In this document: positions 1-15,000 of the stretch, piece by piece | How positions within the stretch are numbered: position 1 is the first letter of the stretch | Layout: every line of letters starts with the position of its first letter | Source of the DNA: Lingula anatina | Lineage: Eukaryota > Animalia > Brachiopoda | Assembly (NCBI GenBank): GCA_051362555.1 | Contig: CM120641.1 | Location: forward strand, 28,402,401-28,466,400 | Length of the DNA stretch: 64,000 nucleotides | Direction: 5' to 3' | Translations under genes and position numbers: made by a program | The notes under the pieces: generated by a model | Told to the model about the DNA's origin: nothing | What the model saw: only the letters and a program-made list of their open reading frames with translations | Databases searched by the model: none

Positions 1-3000
1 AGGACAAAGAAGATGATCAGCAACCCCACCCGGACATGGACTTCACTCTTGGATCCAAGCTAAGGTTAGTAAATTTTATTTTAAGGGGGTAGTGGGATTG
101 TTAATTTGAAAAAATCTAATCTAGTTTTTCATTTACTTTTACAGGACAAAGAAGATGATGAGCGACCCCACCCATAAATGGACTTCACTCTTGGATCTAA
201 GCTAAGGTTAGTAAATTTTATTTTCCTTTGGTGGTAGGATGGTTAATTTGAAAAAATCTAATCTTGTTTTTCATTTCTTTTTACAGGACAAAGAAGATGA
301 TGAGCGACCCCACCAGGACATGGACTTCACTCTTGGATCCAAGCTAAGGTTAGTAAATTTTATTTTAAGGGGGTAGTGGGATTGTTAATTTGAAAAAATC
401 TAATCTAGTTTTTCATTGACTTTTACAGGACAAAGAAGATGATGAGCGACCCCACCCGGATATGGACTTCACTCTTGGATCCAAGCTAAGGTTAGTAAAT
501 TTTATTTTAAGGGGGTAGTGGGATGGTTAAATTGAAAAAATCTAATCTAGTTTTTCATTTCTTTTTACAGGACAAAGAAGATGATGAGCGACCCCACCCG
601 GACATGGACTTCACTCTTGGATCCAAGCTAAGGTTAGTAAATTTTATTTTTCTTTGGTGGTGGGATGGGTAATTTGAAAATATCTTATCTTGCTTTTCAT
701 TTCTTTTTACAGGACAAAGAAGATGATGAGCGACCCCAACCGGAACATGGACTTCACTCTTGGATCCAAGCTAAGGTTATTAAATTTTATTTTTTTTGGT
801 AGTGGGATGGTTAAATTGAAAAAATCTAATCTTGTTTTTCATTTCTTTTTACAGGACAAAGAAGATGATGAGCAACCCCACCAGGACATGGACTTCACTC
901 TTGGATCCAAGCTAAGGTTAGTAAATTTTATTTTTTTTGGTAGTGGGATGGGTAAATTGAAAATATCTAACCTTGTTTTTTATTTCTTTTTACAGGATAA
1001 AGAAGATGATGAGCAACCCCACCCGGACATGTACTTCACTCTTGGATCTGAGCTAAGGTTAGTAAATTTTATTTTAAGGGGGTAGTGGGATTGTTAATTT
1101 GAAAAAATCTAATCTAGTTTTTCATTTACTTTTACAGGACAAAGAAGATGATGAGCGACCCCACCCGGACATGGACTTCACTCTTGGATCCAAGCTAGGG
1201 TTAGTAAATTTTATTTTATGGGGGTAGTGGGATGGTTAAATTGAAAAAATCTAATCTACTTTTTCATTTCTTTTTACAGGACAAAGAAGATGATGAGCAA
1301 CCCCACCCGGACATGGACTTCACTCTTGGATCCAAGCTAAGGTTAGTAAATTTTATTTTTGTGGGTTAGTGGGATGGTTAAATTGAAAAATTCTAATCTA
1401 GTTTTTCATTTCTTTTTACAGGACAAAGAAGATGATGAGCGACCCTACCCGGACATGGACTTCACTCTTGAATCCAAGCTAAGGTTAGTAAATTTTATTT
1501 TTCTTTGGTGGTGGGATGGGTAATTTGAAAATATCTTATCTTGTTTTTCATTTCTTTTTACAGGACAAAGAAGATGATGAGCGACCCCACCCGGAACATG
1601 GACTTCACTCTTGGATCCAAGCTAAGGTTAGTAAATTTTATTTTTTGGGGGGTAGTGGGATGGTTAAATTGAAAAAATCTAATCTTGTTTTTCATTTCTT
1701 TTTACAGGACAAAGAAGACGATGAGCGACCCCAGCAGGACATGGACTTCACTCTTGGATCCAAGCTAAGGTTAGTAAATTTTTTTTTTTGGTAGTGGGAT
1801 GGGTAAATTGAAAATATCTAACCTTGTTTTTCATTTCTTTTTACAGGACAAAGAAGATGATGAGCAACCCCACCCGGACATGGACTTCACTCTTGGATCC
1901 AAGCTAAGGTTAGTAAATTTTATTTTAAGGGGGTAGTGGGATTGTTAATTTGAAAAAATCTAATCTAGTTTTTCATTTACTTTTACAGGACAAAGAAGAT
2001 GATGAGCGACCCCACCCATAAATGGACTTCACTCTTGGATCCAAGCTAAGGTTAGTAAATTTTATTTTTTTTGGTAGTGGGATGGGTAAATTTGAAAAAA
2101 TCTAATCTAGTTTTTCATTGACTTTTACAGGACAAAGAAGATGATAAGCGACCCCACCCGGATATGGACTTCACTCTTGGATCCAAGCTAAGGTTAGTAA
2201 ATTTTATTTTAAGGGGGTAGTGGGATGGTTAAATTGAAAAAATCTAATCTAGTTTTTCATTTCTTTTTACAGGACAAAGAAGACGATGAGCAACCCCACC
2301 AGGACATGGACTTCACTCTTGGATCCAAGCTAAGGTTAGTAAATTTTATTTTTTTTGGTAGTGTGATGGGTAAATTGAAAATATCTAACCTTGTTTTTCA
2401 TTTCTTTTTACAGGACAAAGAAGATGATCAGCAACCCCACCCGGACATGGACTTCACTCTTGGATCCAAGCTAAGGTTAGTAAATTTTATTTTAAGGGGG
2501 TAGTGGGATTGTTTATTTGAAAAAATCTAATCTAGTTTTTCATTTACTTTTACAGGACAAAGAAGATGATGAGCGACCCCACCCATAAATGGACTTCACT
2601 CTTGGATCCAAGCTAAGGTTAGTAAATTTTATTTTTCTTTGGTGGTGGGATGGGTAATTTGAAAATATCTTATCTTGCTTTTCATTTCTTTTTACAGGAC
2701 AAAGAAGATGATGAGCGACCCCAACCGGAATATGGACTTCACTCTTGGATCCAAGCTAAGGTTAGTAAATTTTATTTTTTGGGGGGGTAGTGGGATGGTT
2801 AAATTGAAAAAATCTAATCTTGTTTTTCATTTCTTTTTACAGGACAAAGAAGATGATGAGCGACCCCACCAGGACATGGACTTCACTCTTGGATCCAAGC
2901 TAAGGTTAGTAAATTTTATTTTTTTTGGTAGTGGGATGGGTAAATTGAAAATATCTAACCTTGTTTTTTATTTCTTTTTACAGGATAAAGAAGATGATGA

Positions 3001-6000
3001 GCAACCCCACCCGGACATGGACTTCACTCTTGGATCCAAGCTAAGGTTAGTAAATTTTATTTTAAGGGGGTAGTGGGATTGTTAATTTGAAAAAATCTAA
3101 TCTAGTTTTTCATTTACTTTTACAGGACAAAGAAGATGATGAGCGACCCCACCCAGACATGGACTTCACTCTTGGATCCAAGCTAAGGTTAGTAAATTTT
3201 ATTTTAAGGGGGTAGTGGGATTGTTAATTTGAAAAAATCTAATGTAGTTTTTCATTGACTTTTACAGGACAAAGAAGATGATGAGCGACCCCACCCGGAT
3301 ATGGACTTCACTCTTGGATCCAAGCTAAGGTTAGTAAATTTTATTTTATGGGGGTAGTGGGATGGTTAAATTGAAAAAATCTAATCTAGTTTTTCATTTC
3401 TTTTTACAGGACAAAGAAGACGATGAGCGACCCCACCCGGACATGGACTTCACTCTTGGATCCAAGCTAAGGTTAGTAAATTTTATTTTATGGGGGTAGT
3501 CGGATGGTTAAATTGAAAAAATCTAATCTAGTTTTTCATTTCTTTTTACAGGACAAAGAAGATGATGAGCGACCCCACCCGGACATGGACTTCACTCTTG
3601 GATCCAAGCTAAGGTTAGTAAATTTTATTTTTTTGGGGGGTAGTGGGATGGTTAAATTGAAAAAATCTAATCTTGTTTTTCATTTCTTTTTACAGGACAA
3701 AGAAGATGATGAGCAACCCCACCAGGACATGGACTTCACTCTTGGATCCAAGCTAAGGTTAGTAAATTTTATTTTTTTTGGTAGTGGGATGGGTAAATTG
3801 AAAATATCTAACCTTGTTTTTTATTTCTTTTTACAGGATAAAGAAGATGATGAGCAACCCCACCCGGACATGGACTTCACTCTTGGATCTGAGCTAAGGT
3901 TAGTAAATTTTATTTTAAGGGGGTAGTGGGATTGTTAATTTGAAAAAATCTAATCTAGTTTTTCATTTACTTTTACAGGACAAAGAAGATGATGAGCGAC
4001 CCCAACCGGACATGGACTTCACTCTTGGATCCAAGCTAGGGTTAGTAAATTTTATTTTATGGGGGTAGTGGGATGGTTAAATTGAAAAAATCTAATCTAC
4101 TTTTTCATTTCTTTTTACAGGACAAAGAAGATGATGAGCAACCCCACCCGGACATGGACTTCACTCTTGGATCCAAGCTAAGGTTAGTAAATTTTATTTT
4201 TGTGGGTTAGTGGGATGGTTAAATTGAAAAATTCTAATCTAGTTTTTCATTTCTTTTTACAGGACAAAGAAGATGATGAGCGACCCTACCCGGACATGGA
4301 CTTCACTCTTGAATCCAAGCTAAGGTTAGTAAATTTTATTTTTCTTTGGTGGTGGGATGGGTAATTTGAAAATATCTTATCTTGTTTTTCATTTCTTTTT
4401 ACAGGACAAAGAAGATGATGAGCGACCCCACCCGGAACATGGACTTCACTCTTGGATCCAAGCTAAGGTTAGTAAATTTTATTTTTGTGGGTTAGTGGGA
4501 TGGTTAAATTGAAAAATTCTAATCTAGTTTTTCATTTCTTTTTACAGGACAAAGAAGATGATGAGCGACCCTACCCGGACATGGACTTCACTCTTGAATC
4601 CAAGCTAAGGTTAGTAAATTTTATTTTTCTTTGGTGGTGGGATGGGTAATTTGAAAATATCTTATCTTGTTTTTCATTTCTTCTTACAGGACAAAGAAGA
4701 TGATGAGCGACCCCACCCGGAACATGGACTTCACTCTTGGATCCAAGCTAAGGTTAGTAAATTTTATTTTTTGGGGGGTAGTGGGATGGTTAAATTGAAA
4801 AAATCTAATCTTGTTTTTCATTTCTTTTTACAGGACAAAGAAGACGATGAGCGACCCCAGCAGGACATGGACTTCACTCTTGGATCCAAGCTAAGGTTAG
4901 TAAATTTTTTTTTTTGGTAGTGGGATGGGTAAATTGAAAATATCTAACCTTGTTTTTCATTTCTTTTTACAGGACAAAGAAGATGATGAGCAACCCCACC
5001 CGGACATGGACTTCACTCTTGGATCCAAGCTAAGGTTAGTAAATTTTATTTTAAGGGGGTAGTGGGATTGTTAATTTGAAAAAATCTAATCTAGTTTTTC
5101 ATTTACTTTTACAGGACAAAGAAGATGATGAGCGACCCCACCCATAAATGGACTTCACTCTTGGATCCAAGCTAAGGTTAGTAAATTTTAATTTTTTTGG
5201 TAGTGGGATGGGTAAATTGAAAATATCTAACCTTGTTTTTTATTTCTTTTTACAGGATAAAGAAGATGATGAGCAACCCCACCCGGACATGGACTTCACT
5301 CTTGGATCCAAGCTAAGGTTAGTAAATTTTATTTTAAGGGGGTAGTGGGATTGTTAATTTGAAAAAATCTAATCTAGTTTTTCATTTACTTTTACAGGAC
5401 AAAGAAGATGATGAGCGACCCCACCCGGACATGGACTTCACTCTTGGATCCAAGCTAAGGTTAGTAAATTTTATTTTAAGGGGGTAGTGGGATTGTTAAT
5501 TTGAAAAAATCTAATCTAGTTTTTCATTGACTTTTACAGGACAAAGAAGATGATAAGCGACCCCACCCGGATATGGACTTCACTCTTGGATCCAAGCTAA
5601 GGTTAGTAAACTTTATTTTAAGGGGGTAGTGGGATGGTTAAATTGAAAAAATCTAATCTAGTTTTTCATTTCTTTTTACAGGACAAAGAAGACGATGAGC
5701 AACCCCACCAGGACATGGACTTCACTCTTGGATCCAAGCTAAGGTTAGTAAATTTTATTTTTTTTGGTAGTGTGATGGGTAAATTGAAAATATCTAACCT
5801 TGTTTTTTATTTCTTTTTACAGGACAAAGAAGATGATCAGCAACCCCACCCGGACATGGACTTCACTCTTGGATCTAAGCTAAGGTTAGTAAATTTTATT
5901 TTAAGGGGGTAGTGGGATTGTTAATTTGAAAAAATCTAATCTAGTTTTTCATTTACTTTTACAGGACAAAGAAGATGATGAGCGACCCCACCCATAAATG

Positions 6001-9000
6001 GACTTCACTCTTGGATCTAAGCTAAGGTTAGTAAATTTTATTTTCCTTTGGTGGTAGGATGGTTAATTTGAAAAAATCTAATCTTGTTTTTCATTTCTTT
6101 TTACAGGACAAAGAAGATGATGAGCGACCCCACCAGGACATGGACTTCACTCTTGGATCCAAGCTAAGGTTAGTAAATTTTATTTTTTTTGGTAGTGGGA
6201 TGGGTAAATTGAAAATATGTAACCTTGTTTTTTTATTTCTTTTTACAGGATAAAGAAGATGATGAGCAACCCCACCCGGACATGGACTTCACTCTTGGAT
6301 CCAAGCTAAGGTTAGTAAATTTTATTTTAAGGGGGTAGTGGGATTGTTAATTTGAAAAAATCTAATCTAGTTTTTCATTTACTTTTACAGGACAAAGAAG
6401 ATGATGAGCGACCCCACCCGGACATGGACTTCACTCTTGGATCCAAGCTAAGGTTAGTAAATTTTATTTTAAGGGGGTAGTGGGATTGTTAATTTGAAAA
6501 AATCTAATCTAGTTTTTCATTGACTTTTACAGGACAAAGAAGATGATGAGCGACCCCACCCGGATATGGACTTCACTCTTGGATCCAAGCTAAGGTTAGT
6601 AAATTTTATTTTAAGGGGGTAGTGGGATGGTTAAATTGAAAAAATCTAAACTAGTTTTTCATTTCTTTTTACAGGACAAAGAAGATGATGAGCGACCCCA
6701 CCCGGACATGGACTTCACTCTTGGATCCAAGCTAAGGTTAGTAAATTTTATTTTTCTTTGGTGGTGGGATGGGTAATTTGAAAATATCTTATCTTGCTTT
6801 TCATTTCTTTTTACAGGACAAAGAAGATGATGAGCGACCCCAACCGGAATATGGACTTCACTCTTGGATCCAAGCTAAGGTTAGTAAATTTTATTTTTTT
6901 GGGGGGTAGTGGGATGGTTAAATTGAAAAAATCTAATCTTGTTTTTCATTTCTTTTTACAGGACAAAGAAGATGATGAGCGACCCCACCAGGACATGGAC
7001 TTCACTCTTGGATCCAAGCTAAGGTTAGTAAATTTTATTTTTTTTGGTAGTGGGATGGGTAAATTGAAAATATCTAACCTTGTTTTTTATTTCTTTTTAC
7101 AGGATAAAGAAGATGATGAGCAACCCCACCCGGACATGGACTTCACTCTTGGATCCAAGCTAAGGTTAGTAAATTTTATTTTAAGGGGGTAGTGGGATTG
7201 TTAATTTGAAAAAATCTAATCTAGTTTTTCATTTACTTTTACAGGACAAAGAAGATGATGAGCGACCCCACCCAGACATGGACTTCACTCTTGGATCCAA
7301 GCTAAGGTTAGTAAATTTTATTTTAAGGGGGTAGTGGGATTGTTAATTTGAAAAAATCTAATCTAGTTTTTCATTGACTTTTACAGGACAAAGAAGATGA
7401 TGAGCGACCCCACCCGGATATGGACTTCACTCTTGGATCCAAGCTAAGGTTAGTAAATTTTATTTTATGGGGGTAGTGGGATTGTTAATTTGAAAAAATC
7501 TAATCTAGTTTTTCATTTACTTTTACAGGACAAAGAAGATGATGAGCGACCCCAACCGGACATGGACTTCACTCTTGGATCCAAGCTAGGGTTAGTAAAT
7601 TTCATTTTATGGGGGTAGTGGGATGGTTAAATTGAAAAAATCTAATCTACTTTTTCATTTCTTTTTACAGGACAAAGAAGATGATGAGCAACCCCACCCG
7701 GACATGGACTTCACTCTTGGATCCAAGCTAAGGTTAGTAAATTTTATTTTTGTGGGTTAGTGGGATGGTTAAATTGAAAAATTCTAATCTAGTTTTTCAT
7801 TTCTTTTTACAGGACAAAGAAGATGATGAGCGACCCTACCCGGACATGGACTTCACTCTTGAATCCAAGCTAAGGTTAGTAAATTTTATTTTTCTTTGGT
7901 GGTGGGATGGGTAATTTGAAAATATCTTATCTTGTTTTTCATTTCTTTTTACAGGACAAAGAAGATGATGAGCGACCCCACCCGGAACATGGACTTCACT
8001 CTTGGATCCAAGCTAAGGTTAGTAAATTTTATTTTTGTGGGTTAGTGGGATGGTTAAATTGAAAAATTCTAATCTAGTTTTTCATTTCTTTTTACAGGAC
8101 AAAGAAGATGATGAGCGACCCTACCCGGACATGGACTTCACTCTTGAATCCAAGCTAAGGTTAGTAAATTTTATTTTTCTTTGGTGGTGGGATGGGTAAT
8201 TTGAAAATATCTTATCTTGTTTTTCATTTCTTTTTACAGGACAAAGAAGATGATGAGCGACCCCACCCGGAACATGGACTTCACTCTTGGATCCAAGCTA
8301 AGGTTAGTAAATTTTATTTTTTGGGGGGTAGTGGGATGGTTAAATTGAAAAAATCTAATCTTGTTTTTCATTTCTTTTTACAGGACAAAGAAGACGATGA
8401 GCGACCCCAGCAGGACATGGACTTCACTCTTGGATCCAAGCTAAGGTTAGTAAATTTTTTTTTTTGGTAGTGGGATGGGTAAATTGAAAATATCTAACCT
8501 TGTTTTTCATTTCTTTTTACAGGACAAAGAAGATGATGAGCAACCCCACCCGGACATGGACTTCACTCTTGGATCCAAGCTAAGGTTAGTAAATTTTATT
8601 TTAAGGGGGTAGTGGGATTGTTAATTTGAAAAAATCTAATCTAGTTTTTCATTTACTTTTACAGGACAAAGAAGATGATGAGCGACCCCACCCATAAATG
8701 GACTTCACTCTTGGATCCAAGCTAAGGTTAGTAAATTTTATTTTTTTTGGTAGTGGGATGGGTAAATTGAAAATATCTAACCTTCTTTTTTATTTCTTTT
8801 TACAGGATAAAGAAGATGATGAGCAACCCCACCCGGACATGGACTTCACTCTTGGATCCAAGCTAAGGTTAGTAAATTTTATTTTAAGGGGGTAGTGGGA
8901 TTGTTAATTTGAAAAAATCTAATCTAGTTTTTCATTTACTTTTACAGGACAAAGAAGATGATGAGCGACCCCACCCGGACATGGACTTCACTCTTGGATC

Positions 9001-12000
9001 CAAGCTAAGGTTAGTAAATTTTATTTTAAGGGGGTAGTGGGATTGTTAATTTGAAAAAATCTAATCTAGTTTTTCATTGACTTTTACAGGACAAAGAAGA
9101 TGATAAGCGACCCCACCCGGATATGGACTTCACTCTTGGATCCAAGCTAAGGTTAGTAAATTTTATTTTAAGGGGGTAGTGGGATGGTTAAATTGAAAAA
9201 ATCTAATCTAGTTTTTCATTTCTTTTTACAGGACAAAGAAGACGATGAGCGACCCCACCCATAAATGGACTTCACTCTTGGATCTAAGCTAAGGTTAGTA
9301 AATTTTATTTTCCTTTGGTGGTAGGATGGTTAATTTGAAAAAATCTAATCTTGTTTTTCATTTCTTTTTACAGGACAAAGAAGATGATGAGCGACCCCAC
9401 CCGGATATGGACTTCACTCTTGGATCCAAGCTAAGGTTAGTAAATTTTATTTTAAGGGGGTAGTGGGATAGTTAAATTGAAAAAATCTAATCTAGTTTTT
9501 CATTTCTTTTTACAGGACAAAGAAGACGATGAGCAACCCCACCAGGACATGGACTTCACTCTTGGATCCAAGCTAAGGTTAGTAAATTTTATTTTTTTTT
9601 GGTAGTGTGATGGGTAAATTGAAAATATCTAACCTTGTTTTTCATTTCTTTTTACAGGACAAAGAAGATGATCAGCAACCCCACCCGGACATGGACTTCA
9701 CTCTTGGATCCAAGCTAAGGTTAGTAAATTTTATTTTAAGGGGGTAGTGGGATTGTTAATTTGAAAAAATCTAATCTAGTTTTTCATTTACTTTTACAGG
9801 ACAAAGAAGATGATGAGCGACCCCACCCATAAATGGACTTCACTCTTGGATCTAAGCTAAGGTTAGTAAATTTTATTTTCCTTTGGTGGTAGGATGGTTA
9901 ATTTGAAAAAATCTAATCTTGTTTTTCATTTCTTTTTACAGGACAAAGAAGATGATGAGCGACCCCACCAGGACATGGACTTCACTCTTGGATCCAAGCT
10001 AAGGTTAGTAAATTTTATTTTTTTGGTAGTGGGATGGGTAAATTGAAAATATGTAACCTTGTTTTTTATTTCTTTTTACAGGATAAAGAAGATGATGAGC
10101 AACCCCACCCGGACATGGACTTCACTCTTGGATCCAAGCTAAGGTTAGTAAATTTTATTTTAAGGGGGTAGTGGGATTGTTAATTTGAAAAAATCTAATC
10201 TAGTTTTTCATTTACTTTTACAGGACAAAGAAGATGATGAGCGACCCCACCCATAAATGGACTTCACTCTTGGATCCAAGCTAAGGTTAGTAAATTTTAT
10301 TTTTTTTGGTAGTGGGATGGGTAAATTGAAAATATCTAACCTTCTTTTTTATTTCTTTTTACAGGATAAAGAAGATGATGAGCAACCCCACCCGGACATG
10401 GACTTCACTCTTGGATCCAAGCTAAGGTTAGTAAATTTTATTTTAAGGGGGTAGTGGGATTGTTAATTTGAAAAAATCTAATCTAGTTTTTCATTTACTT
10501 TTACAGGACAAAGAAGATGATGAGCAACCCCACCCGGACATGGACTTCACTCTTGGATCCAAGCTAAGGTTAGTAAATTTTATTTTAAGGGGGTAGTGGG
10601 ATTGTTAATTTGAAAAAATCTAATCTAGTTTTTCATTGACTTTTACAGGACAAAGAAGATGATGAGCGACCCCAACCGGACATGGACTTCACTCTTGGAT
10701 CCAAGCTAGGGTTAGTAAATTTTATTTTATGGGGGTAGTGGGATGGTTAAATTGAAAAAATCTAATCTACTTTTTCATTTCTTTTTACAGGACAAAGAAG
10801 ATGATGAGCAACCCCACCCGGACATGGACTTCACTCTTGGATCCAAGCTAAGGTTAGTAAATTTTATTTTTGTGGGTTAGTGGGATGGTTAAATTGAAAA
10901 ATTCTAATCTAGTTTTTCATTTCTTTTTACAGGACAAAGAAGATGATGAGCAACCCTACCCGGACATGGACTTCACTCTTGAATCCAAGCTAAGGTTAGT
11001 AAATTTTATTTTTCTTTGGTGGTGGGATGGGTAATTTGAAAATATCTTATCTTGTTTTTCATTTCTTTTTACAGGACAAAGAAGATGATGAGCGACCCCA
11101 CCCGGAACATGGACTTCACTCTTGGATCCAAGCTAAGGTTAGTAAATTTTATTTTTGTGGGTTAGTGGGATGGTTAAATTGAAAAATTCTAATCTAGTTT
11201 TTCATTTCTTTTTACAGGACAAAGAAGATGATGAGCGACCCTACCCGGACATGGACTTCACTCTTGAATCCAAGCTAAGGTTAGTAAATTTTTTTTTTCT
11301 TTGGTGGTGGGATGGGTAATTTGAAAATATCTTATCTTGTTTTTCATTTCTTTTTACAGGACAAAGAAGATGATGAGCGACCCCACCCGGAACATGGACT
11401 TCACTCTTGGATCCAAGCTAAGGTTAGTAAATTTTATTTTTTGGGGGGTAGTGGGATGGTTAAATTGAAAAAATCTAATCTTGTTTTTCATTTCTTTTTA
11501 CAGGACAAAGAAGACGATGAGCGACCCCAGCAGGACATGGACTTCACTCTTGGATCCAAGCTAAGGTTAGTAAATTTTTTTTTTTGGTAGTGTGATGGGT
11601 AAATTGAAAATATCTAACCTTGTTTTTCATTTCTTTTTACAGGACAAAGAAGATGATCAGCAACCCCACCCGGACATGGACTTCACTCTTGGATCCAAGC
11701 TAAGGTTAGTAAATTTTATTTTAAGGGGGTAGTGGGATTGTTAATTTGAAAAAATCTAATCTAGTTTTTCATTTACTTTTACAGGACAAAGAAGATGATG
11801 AGCGACCCCACCCATAAATGGACTTCACTCTTGGATCTAAGCTAAGGTTAGTAAATTTTATTTTCCTTTGGTGGTAGGATGGTTAATTTGAAAAAATCTA
11901 ATCTTGTTTTTCATTTCTTTTTACAGGACAAAGAAGATGATGAGCGACCCCACCAGGACATGGACTTCACTCTTGGATCCAAGCTAAGGTTAGTAAATTT

Positions 12001-15000
12001 TATTTTTTTTGGTAGTGGGATGGGTAAATTGAAAATATGTAACCTTGTTTTTTATTTCTTTTTACAGGATAAAGAAGATGATGAGCAACCCCACCCGGAC
12101 ATGGACTTCACTCTTGGATCCAAGCTAAGGTTAGTAAATTTTATTTTAAGGGGGTAGTGGGATTGTTAATTTGAAAAAATCTAATCTAGTTTTTCATTGA
12201 CTTTTACAGGACAAAGAAGATGATGAGCGACCCCACCCGGATATGGACTTCACTCTTGGATCCAAGCTAAGGTTAGTAAATTTTATTTTAAGGGGGTAGT
12301 GGGATGGTTAAATTGAAAAAATCTAAACTAGTTTTTCATTTCTTTTTACAGGACAAAGAAGATGATGAGCGACCCCACCCGGACATGGACTTCACTCTTG
12401 GATCCAAGCTAAGGTTAGTAAATTTTATTTTTCTTTGGTGGTGGGATGGGTAATTTGAAAATATCTTATCTTGCTTTTCATTTCTTTTTACAGGACAAAG
12501 AAGATGATGAGCGACCCCAACCGGAATATGGACTTCACTCTTGGATCCAAGCTAAGGTTAGTAAATTTTATTTTTTGGGGGGGTAGTGGGATGGTTAAAT
12601 TGAAAAAATCTAATCTTGTTTTTCATTTCTTTTTACAGGACAAAGAAGATGATGAGCGACCCCACCAGGACATGGACTTCACTCTTGGATCCAAGCTAAG
12701 GTTAGTAAATTTTATTTTTTTTGGTAGTGGGATGGGTAAATTGAAAATATCTAACCTTGTTTTTTATTTCTTTTTACAGGATAAAGAAGATGATGAGCAA
12801 CCCCACCCGGACATGGACTTCACTCTTGGATCCAAGCTAAGGTTAGTAAATTTTATTTTAAGGGGGTAGTGGGATTGTTAATTTGAAAAAATCTAATCTA
12901 GTTTTTCATTGACTTTTACAGGACAAAGAAGATGATGAGCGACCCCACCCGGATATGGACTTCACTCTTGGATCCAAGCTAAGGTTAGTAAATTTTATTT
13001 TATGGGGGTAGTCGGATGGTTAAATTGAAAAAATCTAATCTAGTTTTTCATTTCTTTTTACAGGACAAAGAAGACGATGAGCGACCTCACCCGGACATGG
13101 ACTTCACTCTTGGATCCAAGCTAAGGTTAGTAAATTTTATTTTTCTTTGGTGGTGGGATGGGTAATTTGAAAATATCTTATCTTGCTTTTCATTTCTTTT
13201 TACAGGACAAAGAAGATGATGAGCGACCCCACCCGGAACATGGACTTCACTCTTGGATCCAAGCTAAGGTTAGTAAATTTTATTTTTTGGGGGGGTAGTG
13301 GATGGTTAAATTGAAAAAATCTAATCTTGTTTTTCATTTCTTTTTACAGGACAAAGAAGACGATGAGCCCCCCCACCAGGACATGGACTTCACTCTTGGA
13401 TCCAAGCTAAGGTTAGTAAATTTTATTTTTTTTGGTAGTGGGATGGGTAAATTGAAAATATCTAAATTTGTTTTTATTACTTTTTACAGGACAAAGAAGA
13501 TGATGAGCAACCCCACCCGGACATGGACTTCACTCTCGGATCCAAGCTAGGGTTAGTAAATTTTATTTTATGGGGGTAGTGGGATGGTTAAATTGAAAAT
13601 ATCTAATCTACTTTTTCATTTCTTTTTACAGGACAAAGAAGATGATGAGCAAACCCACCCGGACATGGACTTCACTCTTGGATCCAAGCTAAGGTTAGTA
13701 AATTTTATTTTTGTGGGTTAGTGGGATGGTTAAATTGAAAAATTCTAATCTAGTTTTTCATTTCTTTTTACAGGACAAAGAAGATGATGAGCGACCCCAC
13801 CCGGACATGGACTTCACTCTTGAATCCAAGCTAAGGTTAGTAAATTTTATTTTTCTTTGGTGGTGGGATGGGTAATTTGAAAATATCTTATCTTGTTTTT
13901 CATTTCTTTTTACAGGACAAAGAAGATGATGAGCGACCCCACCCGGAACATGGACTTCACTCTTGGATCCAAGCTAAGGTTAGTATATTTTATTTTTTGG
14001 GGGGTAGTGGGATGGTTAAATTGAAAAAATCTAATCTTGTTTTTCATTTCTTTTTACAGGACAAAGAAGATGATGAGCGACCCCACCAGGACATGGACTT
14101 CACTCTTGGATCCAAGCTAAGGTTAGTAAATTTTATTTTTTTTGGTAGTGGGATGGGTAAATTGAAAATATCTAACCTTGTTTTTTATTTCTTTTTACAG
14201 GATAAAGAAGATGATGAGCAACCCCACCCGGACATGGACTTCACTCTTGGATCCAAGCTAAGGTTAGTAAATTTTATTTTAAGGGGGTAGTGGGATTGTT
14301 AATTTGAAAAAATCTAATCTAGTTTTTCATTGACTTTTACAGGACAAAGAAGATGATGAGCGACCCCACCCGGATATGGACTTCACTCTTGGATCCAAGC
14401 TAAGGTTAGTAAATTTTATTTTATGGGGGTAGTCGGATGGTTAAATTGAAAAAATCTAATCTAGTTTTTCATTTCTTTTTACAGGACAAAGAAGACGATG
14501 AGCGACCCCACCCGGAACATGGACTTCACTCTTGGATCCAAGCTAAGGTTAGTAAATTTTATTTTTTGGGGGGGTAGTGGATGGTTAAATTGAAAAAATC
14601 TAATCTTGTTTTTCATTTCTTTTTACAGGACAAAGAAGACGATGAGCCCCCCCACCAGGACATGGACTTCACTCTTGGATCCAAGCTAAGGTTAGTAAAT
14701 TTTATTTTTTTTTGGTAGTGGGATGGGTAAATTGAAAATATCTAACTTTGTTTTTATTTCTTTTTACAGGACAAAGAAGATGATGAGCAACCCCACCCGG
14801 ACATGGACTTCACTCTCGGATCCAAGCTAGGGTTAGTAAATTTTATTTTATGGGGGTAGTGGGATGGTTAAATTGAAAATATCTAATCTACTTTTTCATT
14901 TCTTTTTACAGGACAAAGAAGATGATGAGCAAACCCACCCGGACATGGACTTCACTCTTGGATCCAAGCTAAGGTTAGTAAATTTTATTTTTGTGGGTTA

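Noticed and set aside
154-161. Box C motif (RTGATGA) in each core, suggesting a C/D snoRNA cluster
   Set aside because: No conserved CTGA box D or terminal stem, and the motif lies in the exon-like part rather than the intron.
901-945. Spliced-leader RNA array (AAG|GT donor followed by Sm-like ATTTTTTTTGG)
   Set aside because: The Sm-like site occurs in only some spacer classes, each core has a strong upstream acceptor, and there is little room for a promoter. Not fully excluded; finding the core's 3' end on the 5' ends of unrelated mRNAs would revive the idea.
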